Source of the DNA: a virus
Strand: one strand, 5' to 3'
Virus record (IMG/VR): IMGVR_UViG_3300027963_005443
Length of the DNA stretch: 64,000 nucleotides
In this document: piece after piece, positions 40,104 to 50,270 of the stretch
How positions within the stretch are numbered: the first letter of the stretch is position 1
Layout of the letters: the number at the start of each line of letters is the position of its first letter
Translations under genes and position numbers: made by a program
The notes under the pieces: generated by a model
The model's database searches: none
The model's input: the letters and a program-made list of their open reading frames with translations, nothing else
What the model was told of the DNA's origin: nothing

Positions 40104-40913
40104 ATGAAAAAATTAATATTTTTATTTCTGTTGTTGATTCATAATTTTTCTCTGGCTGGCACTATCGACCCATCAACCCCCGATGAAAAATATATTGATT
40201 TTGGTGAAAAATTTTATTTTGTAGTAAAAATTAAATCAAGTTTTAAAATCGACGGAGAAGAATACAGCAGCTCCGCATCTTCCGTACTAATAGGTCCGCA
40301 TTGGGCACTAACCGCTGCTCATGTTGTAGATGGGACAGAAAAGTCGGAAATTATTCTAGGAGATTGTGAAGAAAAAACGTGCAAACACTATCCTTTAACG
40401 GTAATAAAGCACAAAGAATATAATGATGATGTGCACGCAAGATATGATATTGCACTATGCTACTCTGCAGAAGATTTTGGACTAAATTCTTATCCCAAAT
40501 TATATAAAAAAGATGACGAACTTGGTAAAATAGCCACTATCTCCGGCTTCGGTATGCGTGGAACTTTTAATACAGGAGCGCAAGAGGGAGATAATCGAAG
40601 GAGAGCCGGAAGCAATAAAATAAGCGGCCTAGAGAGGGGGGTAATAGTTTGTGATCCAAGTATCACAGGAAAAACGGCATTAGAATTCATGATCACACCA
40701 GGAGATTCTGGTGGGGGTTTATTTATTGGAAATGAATTAGCCGGGATAAATTCTTTTTTAATGTCAACAGACGGAAAAGCTAATGGAACCTACACAGACG
40801 AATCTGCGTTTACCCGCATAAGTCTATACTCGGATTGGATAGACAGCAATATTAACGAACACGAAGAACTTGTTTCAAAAAATAAAGACGTGATTGTGGT
40901 GAAAAAAGAGTAA
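40104..40913 (+). CDS. Secreted trypsin-like (S1) serine protease
   Basis: Signal peptide ending SLA|G; WALTAAHV, YDIAL, PGDSGGGLF. Confidence 0.92.
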   Translation: MKKLIFLFLLLIHNFSLAGTIDPSTPDEKYIDFGEKFYFVVKIKSSFKIDGEEYSSSASSVLIGPHWALTAAHVVDGTEKSEIILGDCEEKTCKHYPLTVIKHKEYNDDVHARYDIALCYSAEDFGLNSYPKLYKKDDELGKIATISGFGMRGTFNTGAQEGDNRRRAGSNKISGLERGVIVCDPSITGKTALEFMITPGDSGGGLFIGNELAGINSFLMSTDGKANGTYTDESAFTRISLYSDWIDSNINEHEELVSKNKDVIVVKKE

Positions 40914-41144
40914 TCAGTTCTTCTTGATTTTATCCATATCTATCTTATCTGGATCGATTCCTGGGCCATAAGGTGATGGTGAATATTCTTTCTGAAGCTT
41001 CTTTATTACAATATCTGCAATATTCTCGTAATGATTTTCAACAATTAAGTTGGAGACCTGTTTAGAGAATACGGCCGATATAAGTAGGGCAGAAGCCAGA
41101 AAAGATGCCAACCAAAACAGTTTATTATCAAGTAAATTTTTCAT
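40914..41144 (-). CDS. Small membrane-anchored hypothetical protein
   Basis: Start placed at MKNLLDNK; LFWLASFLASALLISAVF hydrophobic segment. Confidence 0.55.
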   Translation of the reverse strand: MKNLLDNKLFWLASFLASALLISAVFSKQVSNLIVENHYENIADIVIKKLQKEYSPSPYGPGIDPDKIDMDKIKKN

Positions 41145-41175
41145 TTTAATGCCTTTCAAATATAATATAGTATTT

Positions 41176-41730
41176 TTATTGATTTTTTGGAACAACTCTT
41201 GCAATAATTTGATTGCTAGAAATGAAGGGGTCTTTTTCAACTATGCCTAGATCTTTCAATTCATCGATAAACTTTTTAATTAATTCAAATCCCTTATCTT
41301 TGTGAGATAAATCTCTATATGTTTTAAATCTAACGGTGATCTGAAGTTTCTTTTTATCTTCAAGAAAAGATTTGGCCTGATTGATTTTTATATTAAGATC
41401 ATTTTGCTCTATGCAAGATTTAAATCTGATCTCCTTTAAATCATTCTTATTCTTCTTTAAGCTTTTTTCTTTTATCTTTTGTTCGTAGAGATATTTTTCA
41501 TAATTTATAATATGACATACTGGTGGATTTGCAGTCGGGACCAGTTCAACCAAATCGAGCTTCTTATCTTGCGCCAGTCTTTGAGCAGAGGCGGTATTCA
41601 TTATGCCGATCTGCTGACCTTCACTTATCACTCTTACGCAAGGAGCCTTTATAAAATTATTAATTTTATGCTTAGGTTGATTACCATGATTGGTAAAATA
41701 CCTATTATTGTTGTTGTAAAATTTGTTCAT
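41176..41730 (-). CDS. infC: Translation initiation factor IF-3
   Basis: INNFIKAPCVRVI, LDLVELVPTANPPVCHIINYEKYLYEQK, KEIRF, NDLNIKINQAKSFL. Confidence 0.92.
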   Translation of the reverse strand: MNKFYNNNNRYFTNHGNQPKHKINNFIKAPCVRVISEGQQIGIMNTASAQRLAQDKKLDLVELVPTANPPVCHIINYEKYLYEQKIKEKSLKKNKNDLKEIRFKSCIEQNDLNIKINQAKSFLEDKKKLQITVRFKTYRDLSHKDKGFELIKKFIDELKDLGIVEKDPFISSNQIIARVVPKNQ

Positions 41731-41736
41731 CCTGAA

Positions 41737-42378
41737 CTAGACCTCTAAATTCCCATCTAGTATTTTCACAGATATACCTTCTTTTTCTGCTGGATATTTG
41801 CGGGTCCACTCAACAACCTGTGTTTCTGGATTCATTTTAGTCACCTTAAACTCAAACAAATAATCACCTGGGAGTGAGGTGTCGGAATCCAGCCAATCAT
41901 AAACCAAGTAACTCTCTGAGAGAGAGGTTTCTTCTTCCCCTTGCATATTCAAACTTGTTGAATTCACAAGCTCTTTGGTCGCAGGAGAATTGATAAACTT
42001 TATTATCTTTATAACTGTACCCTTTTTCCAATTTAATGCATCTGTACCGAGTTGAGCCCTATCTACAGTTATCGTATTATTGTAACTATCGACAGCAGTT
42101 ACAACCAAAGTCTCATAAGAGTTAGATGTTTTGAGAAGAAGATTAGTGCCGACCGAGACAGTTTCAAATCCAATATTGTTTGCAAATAGTATTTCTTGAT
42201 TAACTGTATCTAAATCTTTTTTTAGTTTGGCGTTAGACCACATGCTAGCCTCTATTGTATAGTCCTCTGTTAGGTCTATAGGGCTGGAGTCGCAGTCAAA
42301 TATCTTGTATCTCAAGGAAGGACTTGTGTCATTCCTTTTAATTAAAAACTCGTAATTGTTGTTATTGTTGCAGGCCAT
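41737..42378 (-). CDS. BppU-like structural protein
   Basis: IKRNDTSPSL...PIDL N-terminus and YDW..SDT..PGDY..EFKV C-terminus resemble BppU-type baseplate domains. Confidence 0.5.
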   Translation of the reverse strand: MACNNNNNYEFLIKRNDTSPSLRYKIFDCDSSPIDLTEDYTIEASMWSNAKLKKDLDTVNQEILFANNIGFETVSVGTNLLLKTSNSYETLVVTAVDSYNNTITVDRAQLGTDALNWKKGTVIKIIKFINSPATKELVNSTSLNMQGEEETSLSESYLVYDWLDSDTSLPGDYLFEFKVTKMNPETQVVEWTRKYPAEKEGISVKILDGNLEV

Positions 42379-42393
42379 ATTATATATATAACT

Positions 42394-42720
42394 TTACTTA
42401 ATTATATATCTACATTGTTTCTTGTCAAGGGCTAATTTTCCACTATCCAATTTTGTTAAAAGTTCTAAATCCATATCTTTTTTTGCCTTATCATAAAGAT
42501 AAATTAAATCATTATACCTTTCGGTAAGATCATTTAACCATCTTTTTTGGCACCTGAATCCCGTGTGATCGCAAAAATTCTCAGAATCCCCAAAAAATAT
42601 CAAATATTTAATAAAAGTATTTTGAATACTTGTGGTAAAATATTTTAAAAGAAATCTTTTTTCTTTAGGTATTTCTAATTCTAAAAATCTCATTCCTAAA
42701 AATAAGCAATCATATTCCAA
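42394..42720 (-). CDS. Hypothetical protein
   Basis: 108 aa ORF. Confidence 0.6.
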   Translation of the reverse strand: MEYDCLFLGMRFLELEIPKEKRFLLKYFTTSIQNTFIKYLIFFGDSENFCDHTGFRCQKRWLNDLTERYNDLIYLYDKAKKDMDLELLTKLDSGKLALDKKQCRYIIK

Positions 42721-43198
42721 AATCTATTCCCTCGCAAAATTCCAAATAAAGAATAATCATGCCTCCAGCAAATTGCTGTGGGATACCAAACTCATATAAG
42801 CTTTTAAGAGTCTCATTAACAAGTTTGATTTCCTGAGTAACATCGCCTGTCTTTTTTGCAAAAGACAAGTCTTCTTCTGTGATCTTAATATAGTTGTTTA
42901 GTGTTAAATAAATTCTTTTTACAGAATCTATTATATTTGTATTTAAAACAATAGAAATCCTTTTTTCACAGCTCAGGAGATCTGGGCTGATGTGTTTTCC
43001 ACATTTAGTTTTTTTATCACTAAAAAACTTACTAACATAATGAGCTGCAAGATAATTGGCATCTAGTAAGAAATCACTAGGATTCCTTATATCATGGCTT
43101 TCTAAGACATCACAGGCTTGATTTGCTTCAAATTCAATAGGTGATTCATAATCGTAATCATCATACTCTTCACTAAAATCTACAATAGATTCTTTCAT
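42710..43198 (-). CDS. Hypothetical protein
   Basis: 162 aa ORF. Confidence 0.6.
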   Translation of the reverse strand: MKESIVDFSEEYDDYDYESPIEFEANQACDVLESHDIRNPSDFLLDANYLAAHYVSKFFSDKKTKCGKHISPDLLSCEKRISIVLNTNIIDSVKRIYLTLNNYIKITEEDLSFAKKTGDVTQEIKLVNETLKSLYEFGIPQQFAGGMIILYLEFCEGIDFGI

Positions 43199-43228
43199 AC
43201 TTTCCCTATATACATTAGAGGTAACAAA

Positions 43229-43702
43229 ATGAAAACATTAACGTCTATTTTAATGGTCCTAGTCCTTTTTTCCGGTTGTGCTAACTTTAATCCAAAATCC
43301 AGAATAAATAATAGCAATGGAAAAATAAACGATATAAACAACAATCAAAACGGGATGATGTTGGAGCTTGGCAAGCTTAAACAAGATGCAGAAATTTTAA
43401 ACAGCAAGTTAAAAGAAGTGCAAAATGGCCTCCTAAACTTAAACATGGCGATATCAAGAAATGAGAACACAGGAATACAAGTCTTACAGGGAGATGGATC
43501 TCTTTTTTTAGTATTTAGTTGCATTGCTTTAGTGTGCATGTTTTATTTCAAAAATAGAGATAACGAAGACACCATGAAACTTCTGGCTGAGAAAATAATG
43601 GAAAGCCAAGATGAAAATCTACAGGAGTCTGTTGTCGACGCAGCAATAGAAAAAAATAAAGGTGAAAAAGTATTAAGCTTGCTAAAAAAAGCAAAAAAGT
43701 AA
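43229..43702 (+). CDS. Putative lipoprotein with coiled coil and internal TM segment
   Basis: Lipobox LFSG|C; GAGG SD; LFLVFSCIALVCMFYF hydrophobic segment. Confidence 0.7.
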   Translation: MKTLTSILMVLVLFSGCANFNPKSRINNSNGKINDINNNQNGMMLELGKLKQDAEILNSKLKEVQNGLLNLNMAISRNENTGIQVLQGDGSLFLVFSCIALVCMFYFKNRDNEDTMKLLAEKIMESQDENLQESVVDAAIEKNKGEKVLSLLKKAKK

Positions 43703-43703
43703 T

Positions 43704-43952
43704 TTAAAACTTCCTTGAAAAACTAATACCACCGCAGTTGTCGCCCAAAGGCAAATCAAAAGAATTTAAATCTTTATCTTTTTTGTTACAATAGTTAGCA
43801 AACTCTTTTACTTGATTATCTATTATAATTTTTTTGGAAGTGTTTTTTAAACAAAAATACACATCTTCCTTTGTGTCAGAAGACAAATACCTACATCTCC
43901 TAGATCCGCCACTCTTCAAACAAATTTGATCTATTTGATTTTTGTTTAACAT
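43704..43952 (-). CDS. Hypothetical Cys-containing protein
   Basis: 82 aa; upstream TTGACA-16-TATATT (about 43979-44002). Confidence 0.6.
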   Translation of the reverse strand: MLNKNQIDQICLKSGGSRRCRYLSSDTKEDVYFCLKNTSKKIIIDNQVKEFANYCNKKDKDLNSFDLPLGDNCGGISFSRKF

Positions 43953-44011
43953 AATTATCCCCCAATAGATTTCAAGAATATATCAGGAGATATAATTGTG
44001 TCAAGAGAAAA

Positions 44012-44254
44012 TCATAGAAATCTCTCATTATTCTTTTTCTCTAGATTTCTGCGATATGCGTCACTTTCTTTTTTCTTTCTTCTTCTCTTCTGACCTGGGG
44101 TTTCATGAAACTCCCGCATCTTTAATTCCTGTAGAACGCCGCTATCGGAGACGCCTTTTTTAAATATACTCAAACATTTCCTAAAGACATCGTCTTTTTC
44201 CCTTTGCGAGAGGCTGTGGTAGTAAGCTTCATCACGAATCACATTTATCTTCAT
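44012..44254 (-). CDS. rpsU: Ribosomal protein bS21
   Basis: FKKGVSDSGVLQELKMREFHETPGQKRRRKKKES fits the bS21 pattern G.L.E.R.RE.YEKP...R.RK. Confidence 0.85.
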   Translation of the reverse strand: MKINVIRDEAYYHSLSQREKDDVFRKCLSIFKKGVSDSGVLQELKMREFHETPGQKRRRKKKESDAYRRNLEKKNNERFL

Positions 44255-44287
44255 TTTAATTTTCCTTGTGGGTTAAAACTAATATAG

Positions 44288-45436
44288 TTAATCGAACGAA
44301 TTTATTTTCACGAAACGGGTGCCAAGCCTTTTATTCTTAAACTCTCTTACAGCCGAGTAATTAGCGCTAATTTCAATTTCTTCAGTTGTTGGCCATGATT
44401 CTCTATCCGAGTATGGGACAAGATTGAGAAGACTGTTTTTAATATATAAAAACATCTCGTTCTTCCAGTAACTCCTAGAACCAGATATCAGAGAACTCAT
44501 AAAGGTGTAAACAAAGAGGTTGGGAATTTTATCGTTTTTAGTAAAGTCATCTAATTCATACTCTTTGGTATAATAATATTTATTTCTTTCTTCTATTACC
44601 AAAGATGGAACTCTTGCGGCCTTTGCAAGTCTTGAAATACCATTAAATATGTCTAGAACACAACCGGTTGTCCTAATGGCAGATAAAACTTTAAAAATAT
44701 CATATTCATTTAAAAACAAGCAGTCTTCACCATTTTTAAGATCTTCGGTTAAATTAAAAGAAAGATTATGATTCCATACAACTGGAAAGAAGTTATTCTC
44801 TCTGAGAAACTTTATCAATTCTACATAAAATTCTTTATTAACGCTTGCCTTATAACACCTGCCGTTCCTCCAAGAATCAACATAAATTGCAGGATGTATA
44901 AAAATTTTATAACCAGAGGACTGATTTATAATCTTTAAGAAATCTTTTCCCAATACTGCTGAACTAGGCACCATTGGATAAAATATATTAAAGTTTTTAC
45001 CAAAGTTTTTATAATAATTATTTGTAAAACCGTTATTATAAAATTGATTAAATATTTGAGAATCTAATACATTTCTAAAATTCTCATTTAGATTCCTTAG
45101 AATATTATTGAAATTAGTAGATTTATTATGAAACTCATCTGAGCTTTCATAAAGTTTTTTAAAATTAGCAAAATCAGATAATGTCCAAAATTCGTCTACA
45201 TAAGGGAAAAGCTGAGAAAACCCTGGGTATGAGCAGGCGATCACATACTTAGAACTCTTGAATTTATTTAAATAATTTTTAAGAATAAAAGAAGATAATA
45301 TGTGAGAATATTTAAAATCATTAAAGAATGGAACTAATAATAAATCGTCTAAGTCTGTGGGGACGTTAGAATCATCAAATTTTTCTCTTTTGAAACCTAT
45401 CTTCTCAGAAGTTCTATTCAAAAAATCAATTACCAT
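44288..45436 (-). CDS. GT-B (GT9-like) glycosyltransferase-like protein
   Basis: LFPYVDEFW; VLSAIRTTGCVLDIFNGISRLAKAARVPSLVI resembles the GT9 C-terminal motif. Confidence 0.45.
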   Translation of the reverse strand: MVIDFLNRTSEKIGFKREKFDDSNVPTDLDDLLLVPFFNDFKYSHILSSFILKNYLNKFKSSKYVIACSYPGFSQLFPYVDEFWTLSDFANFKKLYESSDEFHNKSTNFNNILRNLNENFRNVLDSQIFNQFYNNGFTNNYYKNFGKNFNIFYPMVPSSAVLGKDFLKIINQSSGYKIFIHPAIYVDSWRNGRCYKASVNKEFYVELIKFLRENNFFPVVWNHNLSFNLTEDLKNGEDCLFLNEYDIFKVLSAIRTTGCVLDIFNGISRLAKAARVPSLVIEERNKYYYTKEYELDDFTKNDKIPNLFVYTFMSSLISGSRSYWKNEMFLYIKNSLLNLVPYSDRESWPTTEEIEISANYSAVREFKNKRLGTRFVKINSFD

Positions 45437-46545
45437 TTAGATAAACCCTTTTTATTTATCATAGAATACAATAATCTTTTATTTTTTGCAAGAGACATAT
45501 TATAACTCCAATCATCATTCAACATCTCATCTATTGATTTAGATACGGCATCTAAAGAAGCTTCTTGGTTCTCTAAAAAATCCAGATAATGAGAAATTAA
45601 TATTTTCTTTTTATTCCAATTTGTTGTTGCGGCAATCCTATGTCCTTCTTGTCCCGCTCCTGCTATTTGATCTGGGGATTCGACTAGCAAGAAAGGGGTC
45701 TTTACAATAGAAGATAATCTTGTGGAGGCAGTCCAAAATTGAATAGAAAAATTAACGCAAGACAAAACAGATAAAGTAAAATTCAAATCATTTACTTCGG
45801 GTCTATTTGAAAAATCAAGACAGTCATCCATGCCCAGAGAAGAAACATTTTCCCCAAGATAAATTGGAAAAAGGCCCCTTTTTTTTAAAAGTTTATTGAG
45901 CTTGATGTAAAATTCCCTGGGCAGATTTCTCCCATAGGTTTTTCTGTTTCTGGCGAAAACTGCAACGCTATTTTCCGGGATGCTTGATTTCAATTTTGGA
46001 TCTATAGATGGAGGAGGTATTGGCACCACCCTCTCTCTGTCAATGTTGTTTAGAAAAGGAAACCAAAAACTATCGTTACCACATTTAACGCACTTACTTG
46101 ATTCTAAAGTAGGAGTCAAACATTCCTTACAATTTTTTGAAACTAAAAAATTACCTAAGCTGGCTCCCTTAAAGACAAAATAACCGTAATCAGAAATCTT
46201 ATCTTCTAACTTAGATAAGTTTTTAGAATTATGAATGCAGGCGTTACTATAGTCTTTAAGCCAATAATGGCGTTTATCCAATTCCCAAAATTCATCAACA
46301 AGATGTTTATAGAAATATCTTCTGCCGCTCCATCCAAAAACTATACTATAGTAATCTTTAAATTTTTCTAAAACTCTTGGTATGCTATAATTGCAATTTA
46401 GAGTTTCTACACCCAATTCACAAAAATTAGTTATAACTAAAGTTTCTTTTGGGTCTTTTCTTTGTTTAGTAGAGAATTTTTCTCTACTAATATAGAAATC
46501 TTCCACCCAAGGTTCTTTAAGTGAGCCGCACGGGAAGAAGTGCAT
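45430..46545 (-). CDS. GT-B (GT9-like) glycosyltransferase-like protein, paralogue of neighbour
   Basis: HLVDEFW; VAVFARNRKTYGRNLP; SVLSCVNFSIQFWTASTRLSSIVKTPFLLV. Confidence 0.45.
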   Translation of the reverse strand: MHFFPCGSLKEPWVEDFYISREKFSTKQRKDPKETLVITNFCELGVETLNCNYSIPRVLEKFKDYYSIVFGWSGRRYFYKHLVDEFWELDKRHYWLKDYSNACIHNSKNLSKLEDKISDYGYFVFKGASLGNFLVSKNCKECLTPTLESSKCVKCGNDSFWFPFLNNIDRERVVPIPPPSIDPKLKSSIPENSVAVFARNRKTYGRNLPREFYIKLNKLLKKRGLFPIYLGENVSSLGMDDCLDFSNRPEVNDLNFTLSVLSCVNFSIQFWTASTRLSSIVKTPFLLVESPDQIAGAGQEGHRIAATTNWNKKKILISHYLDFLENQEASLDAVSKSIDEMLNDDWSYNMSLAKNKRLLYSMINKKGLSKW

Positions 46546-46566
46546 AGAAGTCTAAACCCGGGAGGA

Positions 46567-47193
46567 TTATGGCTCGCTCTTGAAACGGCGATTACCCATA
46601 GAATCGCTGACTTTATCTATCATAGATAGAACCTTCTCTATCTCTTTGGAGGCCGCATCAGTTTTTTGATCTAAAGTTTCCTTAGAAGTCAAAGAAACTT
46701 GAAGTTCATGTAACTTCTTCTTAAGCTCAATAAGACTCTCTAATTCCTCTCCACTGCTCCAGCCGTTAGTGACCTTAAGTTTTGAATCCTTGCCAGTACT
46801 CATATAATCTACTGGATTCTGGGATTTATTCATTTTCTTGGTCTTTTCAATCAGATCGGCCATATCTTCGACGGGATCAGAGCTTTTTACAGTAGAAAGC
46901 TCGGGATTCTTTAAACTCTTAAACATATCAACTACCTCAGGAGCTGATTCTTTTTTCTCTTCTGTCAAGAGAGATTCAGACTCAGAGTAATTGACAACAT
47001 TGTTCCAATAATCAACATCACTGGACTCTAGTTCCGCTTCGGCGTCGGAGTCGCTTATATTAGTTTGGCCAAAGAAATTTGCAGCACCTTTGTCTTTAGC
47101 CTCTGGTTTGGGGGCGTCTTTAGAGCCGAAAACTCCGTCTGCTAAAGCTTTGTCCCACTGCTGTGTCCATTTGTCGAATTGGTCGTCTATCAT
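46567..47193 (-). CDS. Hypothetical protein
   Basis: 208 aa ORF preceded by TATATA. Confidence 0.65.
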   Translation of the reverse strand: MIDDQFDKWTQQWDKALADGVFGSKDAPKPEAKDKGAANFFGQTNISDSDAEAELESSDVDYWNNVVNYSESESLLTEEKKESAPEVVDMFKSLKNPELSTVKSSDPVEDMADLIEKTKKMNKSQNPVDYMSTGKDSKLKVTNGWSSGEELESLIELKKKLHELQVSLTSKETLDQKTDAASKEIEKVLSMIDKVSDSMGNRRFKSEP

Positions 47194-47217
47194 AATAACT
47201 TATATAGTATTCGAATC

Positions 47218-47625
47218 TTATTTTTTTTCTAAAAAATTGTTTTTAATCGAGATAGCTGTCCAGTGAGGATCGTTTTCAGGGAGATATTCTGGTTTGGTGA
47301 AATAAAATGCTTCATATGTGTATTCATATTCTTTCTTTTCAACTTCCTCCAGGCTAAGTCCATTTAATAAATCATTAGATATATTCTTTAAAACTCTGAT
47401 TGCGTCTTCTTCTATGGCTCCGCCTAACTTTCGCATAACTTTTAATGCAGACACAGAATCATTATGCATCAATAAATTCATTAAATCTTTTTTCATAACT
47501 CCGTCAACAAGAAAAGCTTTTGCCCTGTATCTCGCCAGGATCTCATCTTTACCAGGTTTATTATTTTTGATTTCTTTGAAATATTTAAAGAAATTTGTTT
47601 CATCGATTATAAGTTCGTCTGACAT
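47218..47625 (-). CDS. Hypothetical protein
   Basis: 135 aa ORF overlapping the end of dnaE-C. Confidence 0.65.
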   Translation of the reverse strand: MSDELIIDETNFFKYFKEIKNNKPGKDEILARYRAKAFLVDGVMKKDLMNLLMHNDSVSALKVMRKLGGAIEEDAIRVLKNISNDLLNGLSLEEVEKKEYEYTYEAFYFTKPEYLPENDPHWTAISIKNNFLEKK

Positions 47626-50225
47626 TTTTCTATTTCCTTTTCTTGTTCAATGGTAGTATCATCAGTTATATTATTAGGTTTTCTCAATAATACCAATCTA
47701 TAGTCATCGCTCTTTTCAATCTGTTTCTTTTTGTAAAAATTTCTTGGTCCAATTGAAGAGAGTGTATATGTTTTAAAACCGTTAGATGGTGCATTTAATC
47801 TCATTCTAACAAAGTTACCTGCAACTATCTCATTCTGGAAAGAATTATAGTCATCTTTCCAAACATTAATAACACCTTCGTCGCCATTTTCGTCTTCAGC
47901 CTTTATTTGATAATATTCTGCTCTCTTACCTTTTCTTTTATTAACTGCTATTATCTCGATCTCTACCGGAAGGATCTCGTTGACACCCTCAGTAAAAGAA
48001 TCAAAAGTGCAACCACCTTGATAATCAAGACTGTTGCGAATCTTCGAAGTCCAAGAAAACCCGTAATATCTCTTCTCGCATTCAGCAAGAGATTCGAGAA
48101 GTTCTTTTTCTAGTTTATTATCAATTGTTATTGATAAAGGATCAAAAGATTCTAAGTCTGGTTTGTCTTGATTGTCCTTGAGCTTAAATTTCTCAGTAGC
48201 TTTAGTCATCTTGTTTATTAGTTTGCAAACTTCTTTCCATAGATCTTTACCGTCTATTTTCAATCCCTTGTATCTTTCTTTCCATATTTCACAATTGCTA
48301 ACTTTTTTTAGATCCTTAGAATCTATAGGATCTATTTCACCTTTAGCAAGTTTTTTGATAGTCTCACTAGAATTTTCTGCCCTGTCTATTAAGTCCATCA
48401 AAACTTCTTTATTCTTCTTACTCGATGCTTGATGTCTTTTCTTTCTATCAATTTTCTTCTTTGTATAATCTTTGTAAGCCTCAGCAAATTTAAATAGTGT
48501 AACTGGGTCTGAGTCTTTGAAAGATCCTGTTGATATGAGAGGCTTCAATACGCTTGAATCAGTTCCAAACCTATCTATAAAATCTTCAAAATTAGCATAA
48601 GGTTGCTTTTCAACTATCTGTTCGGCAACATTTATCCCTATGCCTTTAACATTTGAAAAGCCAAAATATATTTCATCATCAACAAGACTAAAATTTGCCT
48701 TGGATTTATTTATATCAATCTTATTGATCTTTATATTGTGCTTTATTATTTCTTTTCTATACTCTTTGATTTTATCAGTATTGTCTTCACACATCAAAAT
48801 AGCAGTATAAAACTCATGTGGATAGTGTGATTTTAAATATAGAAGTCTTGCAGATATATGAGTATATGCGCAGGCGTGGGATTTGTTAAAACCATATTCG
48901 CTAAAAGAAATAAGCTGATTAAACAGTTCTTCGGATTCTTCTTCTGTGCAAGATAGATTCTTTTTTCCATTTTTAATAAATACTTCTTTGTACTTTATGA
49001 ACTGTTCTACTTTTTTCTTACTAATTGCTTTTCGAACAGTTTCGACATCCCTCATTGGGATATCTCCAATTATATGTAATATTTTCATCACCTGTTCTTG
49101 ATATATGATAACGCCATAGGTGCTATTTAATATTTCATCAAGCATAGGATGTAAATTATACTCTTCTCTGCCTCTTTTTCTTTCAATATATCTCTCGTGC
49201 ATTTTCATATTTAACGGACCTGGCCTGTATAAAGCCGAGTAAGCCACTAAATCTTCAAATCTTGTAACACCACCAGATTTGGCGAGATTTCTAATTCCAT
49301 CTGAGTCGAACTGGAAGATACACTTAAGATCTCCTTCGTCTGCCATTATCAATGCTTTTTCATCATTCCTATATTGATCAATATCGGTCCAATTTGATTT
49401 GCCATGAAGAGCGCATATTTTTTCTATTCCATGCCGCTCATATATAAGCCTGCAACAGTGAGCTATTTGTAAAAGATTGCTAATAACCAACAAATCAAAT
49501 TTAACAAGACCCACAGGCTGTAGGTCTTGACCGTGAAGACCTTCTACCCAAGCACTAGCTTGGGGGTCATCTTTCCTTTTAACAAGAGGAACAAGATCTG
49601 TAAGTGGTATGCTGCTGATAATAAGACCTCCAGCATGAACTCCCATGCCTCTATTTCGATCAATTAATTTATGGGCAGCCTTGGCAACATCAGGATTATC
49701 ATCACAATATTTCTTGAGACCGGGATCAACCTTCATTGCAGACTCCCAAGTCAAAGCTTTACCTTCATCATCCTTGGTTTGAAGCTTGGTAGTTAAAGCA
49801 AGCAATTCTCCTCTATCTTTATCATGAACTCTAGCCATATCTATTAGAGACGATTTAATACCATATGTTGTGTAGTTGCCAATATTACAAACATATTGCT
49901 CACCAAATGTTTTGGGGGCCCATTCATTCTTTAAAAAATCACGCACTGCTGGAAGGTAGTCGGTATCCACGTCAGGCGAATCTCCATAGAAAAATTCGGG
50001 ATCTTGATCTATGTTGAAATCTTTAACTATATCCAAAAGATATGGAACCAAAAGATTATTTTGATTTTCAGGGTATTTTATGCCTCTATTATAAAGATCA
50101 ATAAAATAATTCTCTTTATTTTGAATCTCTGTCTCGAGTAGTTCCCAATTGAGCCTTTTCAGATAAATAGGGTCGCTCAAACCCTTTTGACTTAATTTTT
50201 CTACACAGATTTCCCTGAGATTCAT
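47607..50225 (-). CDS. dnaE: DNA polymerase III alpha, C-terminal (catalytic palm/fingers/HhH/OB) subunit
   Basis: SPDVDTDY, GVHAGGLIIS, GLVKFDLL, IFQFDS, ALYRPGPL, YGVIIYQEQVM, YGFNKSHA, YPHEFY, FGFSNVKGIG. Confidence 0.93.
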   Translation of the reverse strand: MNLREICVEKLSQKGLSDPIYLKRLNWELLETEIQNKENYFIDLYNRGIKYPENQNNLLVPYLLDIVKDFNIDQDPEFFYGDSPDVDTDYLPAVRDFLKNEWAPKTFGEQYVCNIGNYTTYGIKSSLIDMARVHDKDRGELLALTTKLQTKDDEGKALTWESAMKVDPGLKKYCDDNPDVAKAAHKLIDRNRGMGVHAGGLIISSIPLTDLVPLVKRKDDPQASAWVEGLHGQDLQPVGLVKFDLLVISNLLQIAHCCRLIYERHGIEKICALHGKSNWTDIDQYRNDEKALIMADEGDLKCIFQFDSDGIRNLAKSGGVTRFEDLVAYSALYRPGPLNMKMHERYIERKRGREEYNLHPMLDEILNSTYGVIIYQEQVMKILHIIGDIPMRDVETVRKAISKKKVEQFIKYKEVFIKNGKKNLSCTEEESEELFNQLISFSEYGFNKSHACAYTHISARLLYLKSHYPHEFYTAILMCEDNTDKIKEYRKEIIKHNIKINKIDINKSKANFSLVDDEIYFGFSNVKGIGINVAEQIVEKQPYANFEDFIDRFGTDSSVLKPLISTGSFKDSDPVTLFKFAEAYKDYTKKKIDRKKRHQASSKKNKEVLMDLIDRAENSSETIKKLAKGEIDPIDSKDLKKVSNCEIWKERYKGLKIDGKDLWKEVCKLINKMTKATEKFKLKDNQDKPDLESFDPLSITIDNKLEKELLESLAECEKRYYGFSWTSKIRNSLDYQGGCTFDSFTEGVNEILPVEIEIIAVNKRKGKRAEYYQIKAEDENGDEGVINVWKDDYNSFQNEIVAGNFVRMRLNAPSNGFKTYTLSSIGPRNFYKKKQIEKSDDYRLVLLRKPNNITDDTTIEQEKEIEKCQTNL

Positions 50226-50270
50226 GTTTTTTCCAAGAATAATATAACTAGTTGTGCATAAATAAATTAT

